A stretch of 64,000 bases of DNA, taken from positions 83,718 to 147,717 of the forward strand of contig CAVXNX010000006.1 in NCBI GenBank assembly GCA_963763215.1, in the 5' to 3' direction. Position numbers and translations under genes: made by a program. Source of the stretch: an uncultured Bacteroidales bacterium. GTDB lineage: Bacteria; Bacteroidota; Bacteroidia; Bacteroidales; GCA-2748055. The notes under the pieces were generated by a model. It did no database searches. It was not told the DNA's origin and was given only the letters and a program-made list of their open reading frames with translations. Position 1 is the stretch's first letter, and each line of letters opens with the position of its first letter. Shown one piece after another: positions 1 to 9,538 of the stretch.

Positions 1-1019
1 ATGATATGGCAGATTGTACTTGTGAGCCGTCGATTCCACAATAGGCGCGATGTTATGATAATGGATATGACAGATATTGGGGAAAAGGTGATGCTCTACC
101 TGGTAATTCAGGCCCCCGACAAACCAGGAAAAGGCCTTGCTGTCCGGTGCATAATCGGTCGTGGTCATCAGTTGATGGATGGCCCAGTTATTTTCGATGT
201 TGCCGGTGGCATCGGGAAGGGGATATTCGGAAGATGGCATGACATGGGCGGTCTGGAAAATGATTCCCAGGACGAATCCGCTGACCATCTGCATGCTGAG
301 ATAAAAAATGATGACCATCCACCAGGGTACGGGCAGGAAGATGATCGGAATCACAAGGATATAAGTGTAATAGAGCACTTTCGAGATGATCAGTTCCGCC
401 AATAATGCACCGAATGACTTCCTTTGGCTCAGTTCGATGCCTTCTCTGCGGTAACGGAAAAGTTGCTTGAAATCTTTATCAATCGTCCAGGTGAGGGTCA
501 TCAGCCCGTAAAAAAACCAGGCGTAGAATTGCTGAAAACGATGGATCCTGTACAGTGGCTTTCCAGGAGAAAACCGCAGGATCTTTACCGTATCGATATC
601 TTCGTCGAAACCTTCGATGTTGGTAAAGCCATGGTGCAATGTATTGTGCTGGTATTGCCAGGCCGGTGCAAAGCCTCCCAGGAAATTCAGGGAATAGGAT
701 AAAAACCTGTTCACGCCCTGGTTCCTGGAATACGACCGGTGATTGGCATCATGCATCACGCTCAGACCGATACCTGACATGCCAAAACCCATGACGATCC
801 ACATGAAAAATAGGATGACGGGTTGGGTTATACCCCTGTCACCATGAGAAAATAGGGGACTAAGTAAAGGGAGAACATAAAGAGCGTTTTCAAAACCATC
901 CGGCAATTCCCATACATGGATATGCCGTTCGTTTCAAAGTACTCTTTAACTTTTTTCCGCAACTCCTTTACAAATTCCGTGTTGGAGCTATTCGTGAATT
1001 TTATGGTGGTCGAATTCAT
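1..1019 (-). pseudogene. membrane fatty-acid desaturase (three His-box type); 3' end runs off the window; one frame disruption near 826-830
   Basis: ORF 828..1019 (MNSTTIKF...LVPYFLMVTGV) stops at TAA. My translation of the minus strand from ~810 down to 1 in another phase continues ILFFMWIVMGFGMSGIGLSVMHDANH ... QHNTLHH ... NYQVEHHLFPNICHIHYHNIAPIVESTAHKYNLPYH. These are the HDxxH / HxxHH / QxxHH boxes of membrane desaturases. GGGGTATAACC would read V-I-T-Q if one A were restored. Confidence 0.8.
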
Positions 1020-1206
1020 AATTGTTCCTTTTTTTAATTGTTATGCATAATGCTTTCCGGTAAAAGAGAGTGCCAGGGTCGGCGAATTCCGTTTTTCCCG
1101 GTGATTCAAAATTACACTCAGCGGAGCCTGCGAAATAAAAAATTTGGGATCAAATGGGATGAACTGCTCAGATAAAAGACATAAGCATCTTAATATACAT
1201 AAATAT

Positions 1207-1227
1207 GGGATGAATGTCATTCATCCC
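1207..1227. promoter_or_regulatory. 21-bp perfect palindrome GGGATGAATGtCATTCATCCC between the symporter stop and the desaturase start (operator or minus-strand terminator hairpin)
   Basis: Read directly: arms 1207-1216 and 1218-1227 are exact reverse complements. Two more GGGAT(C/G)A half-sites lie in direct orientation at 1146 and 1156. On the minus strand the hairpin is followed by an AT-rich stretch but not a clean U-tract. Confidence 0.35.
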
Positions 1228-1346
1228 TCTGGGCCGTGAATAAAGGGGTGCAGCCTTTATGCCCGGCAAAAATGACCGGATTGCCAGAGGACCGCAGGGG
1301 TGGAAGAATGAAAGGGGGCAGTCGGAAGGGACAGGATTTTCCCGTT

Positions 1347-2741
1347 TTATCTCTTTTCTCCTTTAAGATAGAAAAGAATGGCCATGAGTGCCAGTATACC
1401 CAGGAGCAACAGATCGAGCCTCAGCCCGGCGATCATTGAGGGGACGAAATCTGCCAGGGAGAGCAGGAAGATGATCAGTCCGGCGAACGAGATCCAGATC
1501 ATGGCCGGGGAAATTTTCCTGTCGCTCAGAACGCCAAGGAGAATGAGCGGGCCCATCATGCCTGTACCGGTAAAGCTGACCCGGGCAAGAAGGGCGATCT
1601 GGTCACTTACGACCAGCGAAAACCCCAGGGCGATGAGCGAAAAGATGAAGATTCCGGCTTTGGTCCTGACCATGACTTTTTTTTCATCACCCTTCATCAG
1701 GCCGCGTAATTCGGAACCAAGGGCGAAGATCTGGGCATTGGTGGTGGAGAGTCCGGCAGCGATGAGTCCGATTACCGCCAGGGCGGCGACAAAATCGGGA
1801 CGGTCGTAAAGAAAGGCTTTGGCAAAAAAGTCATCCCTGCCGATACCGGGATATTTGTCGGCCCCGTAAAGTCCGATGAAAATGGTCGGGGTGATGACCA
1901 GGATCGCAAACAGGCCGACAGCCATGGCCATCAGGTGCATTGTCTTCATGCTTTTCATGACGACCAGCCGGGTGGTGAACTGTGGCTGCGTAACCGGGAT
2001 CAGGATGATCACCAGCAGGGACGCCAGCAGAAACTGGGGTGTGAACAACTCCTTTGGCCCGGGGGTGGATAGCAGCGCCTGGTTTTTATGCGCGATGGTT
2101 GTGAACATCTCCCGGATCCCGCCGAAATGGCTGAGACAAGCCGCACCAATGACCCAGATGACCACGAGCAGTAACAGACCCTGGATGGCATCACTGTAAA
2201 TGATGGCCTTGAATCCGCCGATCTCACTGTATATCAGCATGACCATGACAATTCCCGCCGACCATGCCCAGGCAGGCAGAGAGCCCGGAAATGCGGCATT
2301 CATGAAAATGGCGATGCCCTGGATCTGGATGCCGACATAAGGGATCAGAAAAAGGAAAGCACTGAGAAAGATGACGTAGCCTGCCCACCGGTTGCCATAG
2401 CAATTGGATAATAATCCGGCCACACCCCGGAAGCCCTTTTCCTTGACTTTCATGCGGATATGATATCCAAACCACAGGATGAAGAACACCATGGCACCAT
2501 CGGAAAGAGCCAGAAATATCCACGCACCGATACCATTCACCCTGAAAAAATCAGGCATACCCAGGAAGGTGAATGTACTGAAAAGGGCAGCCGCAAAGGT
2601 GAGGACACCCAGGATCATTCCAACATTGGAACCAGCCAGCATGAAGTCCTCAACCGATCGCCCTTTCTTGTATGAGCGTAGTGATGCAGCCACGAGCATA
2701 ACCGCATACAAGACCCCGAGAATCCAGATCCACATCGTCAT
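1347..2741 (-). CDS. sodium:solute symporter (SSS) family transporter, large subunit
   Basis: 464-aa ORF that is hydrophobic throughout with many predicted helices and SSS-like segments (YSEIGGFKAIIYSDAIQG). Its ATG overlaps the stop of the upstream small membrane ORF (ATGA). Confidence 0.8.
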   Translation of the reverse strand: MTMWIWILGVLYAVMLVAASLRSYKKGRSVEDFMLAGSNVGMILGVLTFAAALFSTFTFLGMPDFFRVNGIGAWIFLALSDGAMVFFILWFGYHIRMKVKEKGFRGVAGLLSNCYGNRWAGYVIFLSAFLFLIPYVGIQIQGIAIFMNAAFPGSLPAWAWSAGIVMVMLIYSEIGGFKAIIYSDAIQGLLLLVVIWVIGAACLSHFGGIREMFTTIAHKNQALLSTPGPKELFTPQFLLASLLVIILIPVTQPQFTTRLVVMKSMKTMHLMAMAVGLFAILVITPTIFIGLYGADKYPGIGRDDFFAKAFLYDRPDFVAALAVIGLIAAGLSTTNAQIFALGSELRGLMKGDEKKVMVRTKAGIFIFSLIALGFSLVVSDQIALLARVSFTGTGMMGPLILLGVLSDRKISPAMIWISFAGLIIFLLSLADFVPSMIAGLRLDLLLLGILALMAILFYLKGEKR

Positions 2742-2971
2742 GACCTGTCCTCCCCGTCATTTATGCCCGGATGGACCCGCGTCCCGATAAAGGTCAGTAC
2801 CACCAGGGCAACGGTGATCAGGAATCCTGTCCAAAGGGTGTAGGGGATGCCCAGGAGAGTGGGGGTGAAGACTCCCTGCGGAATAATCAGCGGGGTGAAG
2901 GTGATGGCACTTAAAAGGATGGCGCCAATGCAGCACCACTTCCAGTATTTTTTCTTTTTGGCAAGATCCAT
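2738..2971 (-). CDS. small two-TM membrane protein, probable symporter small subunit (DUF4212-like)
   Basis: 77 aa: a KKKYWKW motif followed by two hydrophobic helices. It overlaps the symporter gene by 4 nt, the arrangement known for two-subunit SSS transporters. Family name is from memory only. Confidence 0.55.
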   Translation of the reverse strand: MDLAKKKKYWKWCCIGAILLSAITFTPLIIPQGVFTPTLLGIPYTLWTGFLITVALVVLTFIGTRVHPGINDGEDRS

Positions 2972-2999
2972 TTTTCACGTATTAACAGTGGATATTCGG

Positions 3000-3785
3000 T
3001 TAAAGTCTTCCCAGCGTCATGCCGCCGTCGATCATGATGACCTGTCCGGTGGAGTAGGGGAAATCGCCCCGGGCCAGGGCGGCGGCAGCCTTCCCGACAT
3101 CCGACGGGGTTCCCCACCGCTCCTGGACACACAATCCTTCAGAGATCATTTTGTCATATTTTTCCCTGACCCCGGATGTCATATCGGTTTCGACGATCCC
3201 CGGCCGGATCTCGTAAACAGGGATATCGAATTCGCCGAGCCTGACGGCAAAGAGCTGCGTGGCCATACTGAGCCCGGCTTTGGCAATGCAATACTCTCCG
3301 CGGTTCACGGAAGCCATGGTGGCCGAAACGGAGGAAATGGTGATGATGCACCCGCTGAAAGCCTGCTGATCCTGCTTTTGTTTTATCATCCACCGGGCGA
3401 CAGCCTGGGTGAGGAAATAGGCTCCCTGGAGGTTGGTTTTCAGCACGTGTTCAAAACTCGCTTCGGTGGCGTCGAGGATGTCCCTACGATCTTTCGGTGC
3501 CACGCCAGCATTGTTGACGAGGACGTTTAGCCTCCCAAACCTCTGCTTCACTTTTTCCAGGATAGCTTGTCGGTCTTCAGATGAACTGATGTCGCCCTGG
3601 CAATACAACGTGCCGGCACCGGCAGCCTGCAGCTGCCCGATGGCGTCCTGTACCTCCGATTCCGGCCGGATGCCATTGATGGCGATGTCGAAGCCTTCCC
3701 GGGCAAGGGCCAGCGCAATACCAAAACCTATCCCTCTTGATCCCCCGGTGATCAATGCTGTTTTTTTCATCTTATGCCGTTTCAT
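3000..3785 (-). CDS. short-chain dehydrogenase/reductase (SDR)
   Basis: TGGSRGIG cofactor motif, NNAG, and catalytic YCIAKAG (YxxxK). An alternative start at MKKTALITGG would give 3000..3770. Confidence 0.85.
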   Translation of the reverse strand: MKRHKMKKTALITGGSRGIGFGIALALAREGFDIAINGIRPESEVQDAIGQLQAAGAGTLYCQGDISSSEDRQAILEKVKQRFGRLNVLVNNAGVAPKDRRDILDATEASFEHVLKTNLQGAYFLTQAVARWMIKQKQDQQAFSGCIITISSVSATMASVNRGEYCIAKAGLSMATQLFAVRLGEFDIPVYEIRPGIVETDMTSGVREKYDKMISEGLCVQERWGTPSDVGKAAAALARGDFPYSTGQVIMIDGGMTLGRL

Positions 3786-3877
3786 CGGTTTTCATGAACC
3801 TGTGACCGGTACGCCGGTTGAACAGGAAGTAAAGATGGTGAAAATCACCCATTGTTTTACTCCTCGGGCTCTGAAAT

Positions 3878-5035
3878 TCAGTCAACCTCCAGGTCGTGAA
3901 TATCAACCCAGGCCCGCCTGGCCCAGCTTTCCAGTCCTGCCTCGGCCAGCTGCACACCCTTGGCGCCTTCCTTCATATCCCACGGAAATGGATCTCCGAG
4001 CACGATATGCTTCAGGAATAGTTCCCACTGGGCTCTGAAGGCATTGGGGTAGGGTTCCTGATCGGGCACCTTCGTCCAGCCGTCAAAATAATTGATGGCA
4101 CTCGGGATATCAGGGTTCCAGACCGGCCTGGGTGTGTTCCCGTAATGCTGGGTATAACAGTCCCTCAAACCGGCTACCGCCGATCCCTTTGTACCGTCGA
4201 CCTGGAGGGTCAGCAGATCATCGCGCCTGACACGGACACACCATGAGGAGTTGAAATGCGCAATAATGCCGTTCTCCAGCTCAAAGGTCGCGTAAGCCGA
4301 ATCGTCGGCCGTGCAGCGGTAAGGCCGGCCTGCCTCATCGATTCTTTCCCTGATGTGGGTGGCTCCCGTACAGGAGACGGCCTTCACCCTGCCGAAAATA
4401 TTGTCGAGCACATAACGCCAGTGACAGAGCATATCGACAATGATTCCGCCGTCATCCTCCTTCCGGTAGTTCCACGACGGTCGTTGCGGCGCAATGGTAT
4501 GGCCCTCAAAAACCCAGTATCCGAATTCTCCCCGGACCGACAGAATCTCACCGAAGAAATCATTCTGAATGAGACGCTTCAGCTTGACCAGCCCGGGAAG
4601 CCACAACTTGTCCTGAACAACGCCGTGCTTTATACCGGCATCCCGGCAGATCCGGTACAGTTCGAGAGCCGTGGAAGTGTCGGTGGCTACAGGTTTTTCG
4701 CAATAAATGTGTTTTCCGGCCGCAACGGCTTTTTTCACGTCCCCGGCCCTTCTGCCTGTCGTCTGTGCATCAAAGTAGATGCTCATAGCAGGGTCCGCAA
4801 GGACGTCATCCAGGTTGACCGTGGCTCGTTCAATTCCCGAGAGTTTCTTCAGCCTTTCCAGCTTCGCGGCATTCCGGCCGACAAGGACCGGGTCGGGCAT
4901 GATGGTCTCTTCACCGGAGATTCTCACGCCTCCTTCCCGCATGATCTCTGCAACGGACCTCAGCAGGTGCTGGTTGGTTCCCATCCGTCCCGTCACCCCG
5001 TTCATGATAATCCCGACTTTATGTATTTTCGTCAT
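3878..5035 (-). CDS. Gfo/Idh/MocA family oxidoreductase
   Basis: 385 aa with an N-terminal Rossmann segment KVGIIMNGVTGRMG, an EKP motif (CEKPVA), and length and layout typical of the family. Confidence 0.8.
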   Translation of the reverse strand: MTKIHKVGIIMNGVTGRMGTNQHLLRSVAEIMREGGVRISGEETIMPDPVLVGRNAAKLERLKKLSGIERATVNLDDVLADPAMSIYFDAQTTGRRAGDVKKAVAAGKHIYCEKPVATDTSTALELYRICRDAGIKHGVVQDKLWLPGLVKLKRLIQNDFFGEILSVRGEFGYWVFEGHTIAPQRPSWNYRKEDDGGIIVDMLCHWRYVLDNIFGRVKAVSCTGATHIRERIDEAGRPYRCTADDSAYATFELENGIIAHFNSSWCVRVRRDDLLTLQVDGTKGSAVAGLRDCYTQHYGNTPRPVWNPDIPSAINYFDGWTKVPDQEPYPNAFRAQWELFLKHIVLGDPFPWDMKEGAKGVQLAEAGLESWARRAWVDIHDLEVD

Positions 5036-5051
5036 CTTTGTTCCTTGATGA

Positions 5052-5891
5052 TTATGAATGGTTTAGATATGCCTGTATGATCTTTTGCAGGAAAGTATGC
5101 TGATCCGTGCCCCAGAATTTATGCGAGAAGATTTCGACTTCGTGGAATCCTTTAAAACCGGCTTTTTCAACCCAGGTCCGGATTTGTTTCAGAGGGATGC
5201 AGCCTTCGCCCATGAGACCCCGGTCATTGAGCATATCGACAGTGGGGCTGTTCCAGTCACAGATGTGGAAGGCAAACAAGTTTCCGCTATTGCCGCATCT
5301 GCCGATCTGCTTTTCAAGATCCGGATCCCACCACAGGTGGTAAACGTCGACGGCGATGCCGAGATATTCCGAACCGATCGCTTCGGCCATCTCATTGGCC
5401 TGTCGCAGGGTGTTCACGGCCGAGCGGGTATCGGCATACATGGGATGCAATGGTTCGATGGCCATTTTTACACCCAGTGCTTCGGCGCGCGGAAGCAGGG
5501 CACTGATCCCGTTCATGATCTGATCTCTCGAAGTGCCCAGGGATTGGGCCGGATCCGAACCGCAAACCAGCACCAGTAAAGGTGCTCCGAGAGCCGCTGC
5601 CTCATCGAGGGCCCGTTCGTTCTCTTCAATGGCCGCCTGCCGCTGACGGGCGCTGACGGAAGCGAAAAAGCCGCCTCTCACCAGGGAGACCACCTCGAGG
5701 CCATGATCGCGGATCCTGTTGCCTGTTTTGGCAACATGGCGCCCTTCGAGGGCTTCGCGCCATACCGACATCCCGCGGACACCTGCCCGGGCAAAATGTT
5801 CGGCCGATTCCTCCACTGTCCAGGGTTTGGTGGTGATGGTGTGAAGGCACAGTTTTGATAAGTCCTTGATATCACTCATGCCGGCAGACAA
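5052..5891 (-). CDS. sugar phosphate isomerase/epimerase (xylose-isomerase-like TIM barrel)
   Basis: 279 aa. The pattern of LVLVCG, IEPLHP and DVYHLWWD is typical of AP-endonuclease-2/xylose-isomerase-like TIM barrels. Confidence 0.7.
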   Translation of the reverse strand: MSAGMSDIKDLSKLCLHTITTKPWTVEESAEHFARAGVRGMSVWREALEGRHVAKTGNRIRDHGLEVVSLVRGGFFASVSARQRQAAIEENERALDEAAALGAPLLVLVCGSDPAQSLGTSRDQIMNGISALLPRAEALGVKMAIEPLHPMYADTRSAVNTLRQANEMAEAIGSEYLGIAVDVYHLWWDPDLEKQIGRCGNSGNLFAFHICDWNSPTVDMLNDRGLMGEGCIPLKQIRTWVEKAGFKGFHEVEIFSHKFWGTDQHTFLQKIIQAYLNHS

Positions 5892-7255
5892 TTAAAAAAT
5901 GCATAGTAGGGTTCCTGGCGGATAATGCGTTCGAGGTAAAGTGCGGCCTCCCGAAGGTGGTAGTCACCCCACATGCTCGATTCGCCATAGGGAATTCTGC
6001 TGCCCGGGGGAATATAGTCCCATCCGTTGGGGTAATGATAGACCGAATGCAGCAACAGACCCTGGTGAGCCGGGTCCTGGCTCAGGTAGGGTTCGCCGGT
6101 CAGCGTTCGCATCACCGTCAAACCAGCCTGCCAGTACCGGCGGCCTTCCTGCCCTTCACCCTTTTCCGTGAGATACGTGCCCAGCCGCATAAGGCCCTGG
6201 GTGGCAATGGCAGCGGCGGAACTGTCGACAGGTTCAGAGGCTTGAAAAGGATCGGCCGGACGTGCGAGGTAATCGCCCATCCGGCAAAGATTCGGTGCGC
6301 CCGTGTCCCAGTAAGGGATGCCGTCGGTCGGGGTATTCTGGATGTAAAAATCACAGGTTGCACGGGCAGCCTTCAGAAAAAGCCTTTCCCGTTCGGCAAG
6401 AGAGGCCTGCTCCTGGTGGGTTTTCAAGGTCCGAAGGTATTCCAGCTCTTCGGCAAAACCGCACATGGCCCAGGCCAGGCCCCGGGTCCAGGTCGACAGG
6501 GCCGAGTAGCCCTGCTGTGATCCGGGACAACGGTAGCGGCCGTCATTGACATTAAAGATGCTTTCGTGCGCGGTCCTTCCCCGGACATCAAAGGCGTCAC
6601 GGTTCTCTCCGTAGTAAATATTATGGGTCGCCGTACTCACCATGTGCTGTATTGCCCTGTCAAAGAGACTGATGCGGATGTCATTCTCAGCGGCCAGTTC
6701 ATGTCCGAGAGCGTGACCGATCATCAGTATCCGGCACGAGCGGATGGTGTCGACAAAAAGCGAATGGGGACCGTTGAACGAGTAAATGTAGCCGCCGTCC
6801 ATCGTTTTTGTCCACCGTGCTGCCTGCACCGCTCCACTCACTTTGAGCGCAAGGGTATAGTATTCCTTTTCCCATGGATTTTCCGGAATTTTGCCCTCGC
6901 GCATCAGCCGGAGAAGGTTCCCGTACGTGCTGATGGTGTTGAATCCATGATCGTGCACCCCGGTGTGGGTGAGATGATGGGGCATCCGGGCCATGATTTT
7001 GCTCTTCGCCATTTCCAGGAAGGTTTCATCGCCTGTCGCATCGAATTGGAGCAGGGCAGAACCAAACTGGAAGCCCTGGGTCCACTCGGTCCAGCCTCTC
7101 GTGGTATACCGGCCTTTCACGGTAAACACGGGCGCCCCCTGGCGCTCGTCATAGTCGTCGTGAAGGGACCGGATCTTCTGACCCGAAATTTCCCAAAGCC
7201 GCTTTAGCCGGCTGCTCAGATCCGCAGGACTCAGTTGATGATCGATCTTGATCAT
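5876..7255 (-). CDS. glycoside hydrolase, GH88/GH105-like (unsaturated glucuronyl/rhamnogalacturonyl hydrolase-like alpha/alpha barrel)
   Basis: 459 aa. GWTEWTQGFQFG and the repeated W/aromatic-rich segments resemble GH88-type enzymes as I remember them. The family call is unverified. Confidence 0.5.
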   Translation of the reverse strand: MIKIDHQLSPADLSSRLKRLWEISGQKIRSLHDDYDERQGAPVFTVKGRYTTRGWTEWTQGFQFGSALLQFDATGDETFLEMAKSKIMARMPHHLTHTGVHDHGFNTISTYGNLLRLMREGKIPENPWEKEYYTLALKVSGAVQAARWTKTMDGGYIYSFNGPHSLFVDTIRSCRILMIGHALGHELAAENDIRISLFDRAIQHMVSTATHNIYYGENRDAFDVRGRTAHESIFNVNDGRYRCPGSQQGYSALSTWTRGLAWAMCGFAEELEYLRTLKTHQEQASLAERERLFLKAARATCDFYIQNTPTDGIPYWDTGAPNLCRMGDYLARPADPFQASEPVDSSAAAIATQGLMRLGTYLTEKGEGQEGRRYWQAGLTVMRTLTGEPYLSQDPAHQGLLLHSVYHYPNGWDYIPPGSRIPYGESSMWGDYHLREAALYLERIIRQEPYYAFFNCLPA

Positions 7256-7336
7256 GATGATGAATTTGTGATGGCACGATTCCCGACGGAAACAAAGCTA
7301 CGCAATTCCCCGTCCGGACCGACCGGATTTTTCCCT

Positions 7337-8347
7337 TCATTTCTGGTATTTTTTTGACATCGCCGCACGAAAAGCCGACGGTGTCATCCCTTCTTTCTTC
7401 CGGAAAAAACGGTTGAAATAGGACGGGTCCTCGAAATGAAGACGATACGCAATTTCTTTATTGGTCAGGTCGGTGTGAATGAGAAGACGCTTGATTTCCA
7501 GGCTGATACGGTTATGAATGATTTCGCTGGCGTTCATGTCAGTCATGTTTTTCACCTGTTTGTTGAGCAATGCGGGCGTCGTCCCCATCAGCGATGCGTA
7601 GTCTTTCACATAATGGTACATTTGAAAATGGTTCTCCACCAGCTCTTTGAATTCTTTCACCTTCTGATAGCGGGGGTCAAGCCATTTCGCATTTCCCGGT
7701 GCACTTTGGGCATAAAATTCCTTGCATTTCAGCAGGAAGGTGTGCAGGTAGCTCCTGAGCAGTTCGCGGGTGAAATGACCCAGGGTGGGATTTTCGAGCC
7801 TGATCATGTTGATGAGTGCCAGGAGTTGGGCAAACTGGGGCTCCTCCAGATTCAGGATCGGCTCAGAAGTATTATTGTTGAAGAACGGGAAATCCGACAG
7901 CAGATCCTGGTCGACCACACCCAGAGAATAAAATTCCCTCGAGAAAACCATCAGGTAGCCATGGTAATTTTTTTCCCTGGAGATGAGGTGCACCTGCCCT
8001 GGGGAGAGAAAGTGCACACTGTGGGAGCGAATAGAATAGGTCCTGAAATCAATCTCATGTCGGCCCACTCCATTGATGAACATGCAGATCTCGTAATACG
8101 TATGCCGGTGGGGCCGGTCGGTCTTGTGCGGATAACCGGCATTGGCAATGGTCCTGCCCTTCACCTCGTAAAGACGGAATGCCAGGTCCTGCGACTGATC
8201 GGGTAATTCATAAATATCAATGTTCCTGACCACAGAATGTCCTTTTAGATGTTCAATGCTTCCCGGGACGAAATTTCTGCAATCTATCAAAATGCCGGAA
8301 GGATTCCAAGTGAAGGATCCGGACTGTATTTCCGGCAGGGCAAACAC
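7337..8347 (-). CDS. AraC family transcriptional regulator
   Basis: 336 aa with an N-terminal cupin-like sensor region and a C-terminal double HTH (EIAYRLHFEDPSYFNRFFRKKEGMTPSAFR). It heads the minus-strand catabolic cluster. Confidence 0.85.
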   Translation of the reverse strand: MFALPEIQSGSFTWNPSGILIDCRNFVPGSIEHLKGHSVVRNIDIYELPDQSQDLAFRLYEVKGRTIANAGYPHKTDRPHRHTYYEICMFINGVGRHEIDFRTYSIRSHSVHFLSPGQVHLISREKNYHGYLMVFSREFYSLGVVDQDLLSDFPFFNNNTSEPILNLEEPQFAQLLALINMIRLENPTLGHFTRELLRSYLHTFLLKCKEFYAQSAPGNAKWLDPRYQKVKEFKELVENHFQMYHYVKDYASLMGTTPALLNKQVKNMTDMNASEIIHNRISLEIKRLLIHTDLTNKEIAYRLHFEDPSYFNRFFRKKEGMTPSAFRAAMSKKYQK

Positions 8348-8371
8348 AGGGCGGACCGATCCTTATCCGTC

Positions 8372-8911
8372 TCATTCCCTGACCAGGTAAAGCCGGTTAT
8401 CTTCCACGAGGTACATCATCGGTGCGATCTGAATTTTGGGATAACGGAGTCTCAACCGCTTAACCTCACTCAGGATGAAATCCACCTCGTTGCCGATTTC
8501 AAACATCGGGGCAAAGTGCATAAAATGTTCTTCGGCCCATTCTTTTTCCCAGCCCGCATTCCTGACAAGTCCGTTGATGAACAGGTCTTTGCGCGCAAAA
8601 AGGTTGACCATGCCGCAATGATTGTGGCCGATGAGGGCGATGTGACTCACGCCTCCCACCGCGATGGCATACGAAACCTTGAATTCACTGTATCTCAGGT
8701 TCGCTCCGCCTGCCCGGATGATATAGGAAAAATTGTCCGGGATGTTGATGTGTTTCCGGTTGTCCATGCACATGCCGATCAATAGCCGGGCCGTATCATA
8801 GGTATCCGGAGTGCGGTTGAGATTATGGTATTCCAGGAGCAAGCCGATCGGAGTGTCGCGGTATTCCTCGAAAATATCACTGCTTTGATTGATGCTGACT
8901 AAACGTTTCAC
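8372..8911 (-). CDS. beta-class carbonic anhydrase-like protein
   Basis: The zinc-ligand motifs of beta-CAs are present: CMDNR (CxDxR) and GHNHCG (HxxC). Confidence 0.6.
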   Translation of the reverse strand: MKRLVSINQSSDIFEEYRDTPIGLLLEYHNLNRTPDTYDTARLLIGMCMDNRKHINIPDNFSYIIRAGGANLRYSEFKVSYAIAVGGVSHIALIGHNHCGMVNLFARKDLFINGLVRNAGWEKEWAEEHFMHFAPMFEIGNEVDFILSEVKRLRLRYPKIQIAPMMYLVEDNRLYLVRE

Positions 8912-8983
8912 GTGAGAAGAATTTAAAAGTGTAGTAAGGTCTGTATTTTATATGTTTGGTGTGACGGTTCTTTTCCTGTCCGG

Positions 8984-9538
8984 TCAACCCGGGTAGAGTG
9001 AACGAAACGGGTAATGATTTCCGGACCGGCGCGCAGCCGGCATCGAATGTGGACAAAATCCCGGGCTTTGCCCTCCTTGAATGAAGCCACCGGTCCCTGG
9101 AGCCGAAGGGTCATCGAGTTTTCGTGCAAACACTATTTCGGATTTTCCGATGGCCTCTTCCGGCCGGCCTCTCATCGCGCTCCAGGTTTCGTCGATAGCC
9201 ACCTGGGTCACCGGCCTGATGCCGGTGCATGACATGGCGCTCCAAACCGTGTCGCGCTTGATATCGCTCCTGATTTTCCCGCTGCCCTTGGGGTAGCAGG
9301 CCCAGAACATGCAATCGTATTTCCCGGCCCCGAAAGCCCGGCTGACCAGTTCAACCAGCTCATCCTGGCTGGTGGCGAACACCTGGACGAAATCATACGT
9401 TCCTTTGTCTTGATCAGCGAAGGTCGTGTCGAAGTCAAGTTCCTCCAGAATTTTTCCATAGGCAGGCGGCGCATTGATCACCAGGATTTTCTTCTCCGGG
9501 TCCAGCCGAAGTTTTTTGAAAAGAGCACTTTTATTCAT
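8984..9538 (-). CDS. hypothetical protein, DUF3052-like
   Basis: WACYPKGSGKIRSDIKRDTVW...AIDETWSAMR resembles DUF3052 proteins as I remember them. The last ~50 aa are low-complexity, so the natural stop may have been lost by a frameshift. Confidence 0.35.
   Translation of the reverse strand: MNKSALFKKLRLDPEKKILVINAPPAYGKILEELDFDTTFADQDKGTYDFVQVFATSQDELVELVSRAFGAGKYDCMFWACYPKGSGKIRSDIKRDTVWSAMSCTGIRPVTQVAIDETWSAMRGRPEEAIGKSEIVFARKLDDPSAPGTGGFIQGGQSPGFCPHSMPAARRSGNHYPFRSLYPG

Noticed and set aside
1-702. Plus-strand ORFs 1..405 and 424..702
   Set aside because: They are antisense to the desaturase coding sequence, whose His boxes read cleanly on the minus strand. Neither has recognisable motifs.
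4256-5080. 274-aa plus-strand ORF, with similar long antisense ORFs at 2847..3530, 6566..7207, 7436..8206, 13923..14750, 15130..15843, 20968..21693 and 46673..47230
   Set aside because: Each overlaps a well-supported gene on the other strand and shows the Arg/Gly/Pro-rich composition of antisense translation.
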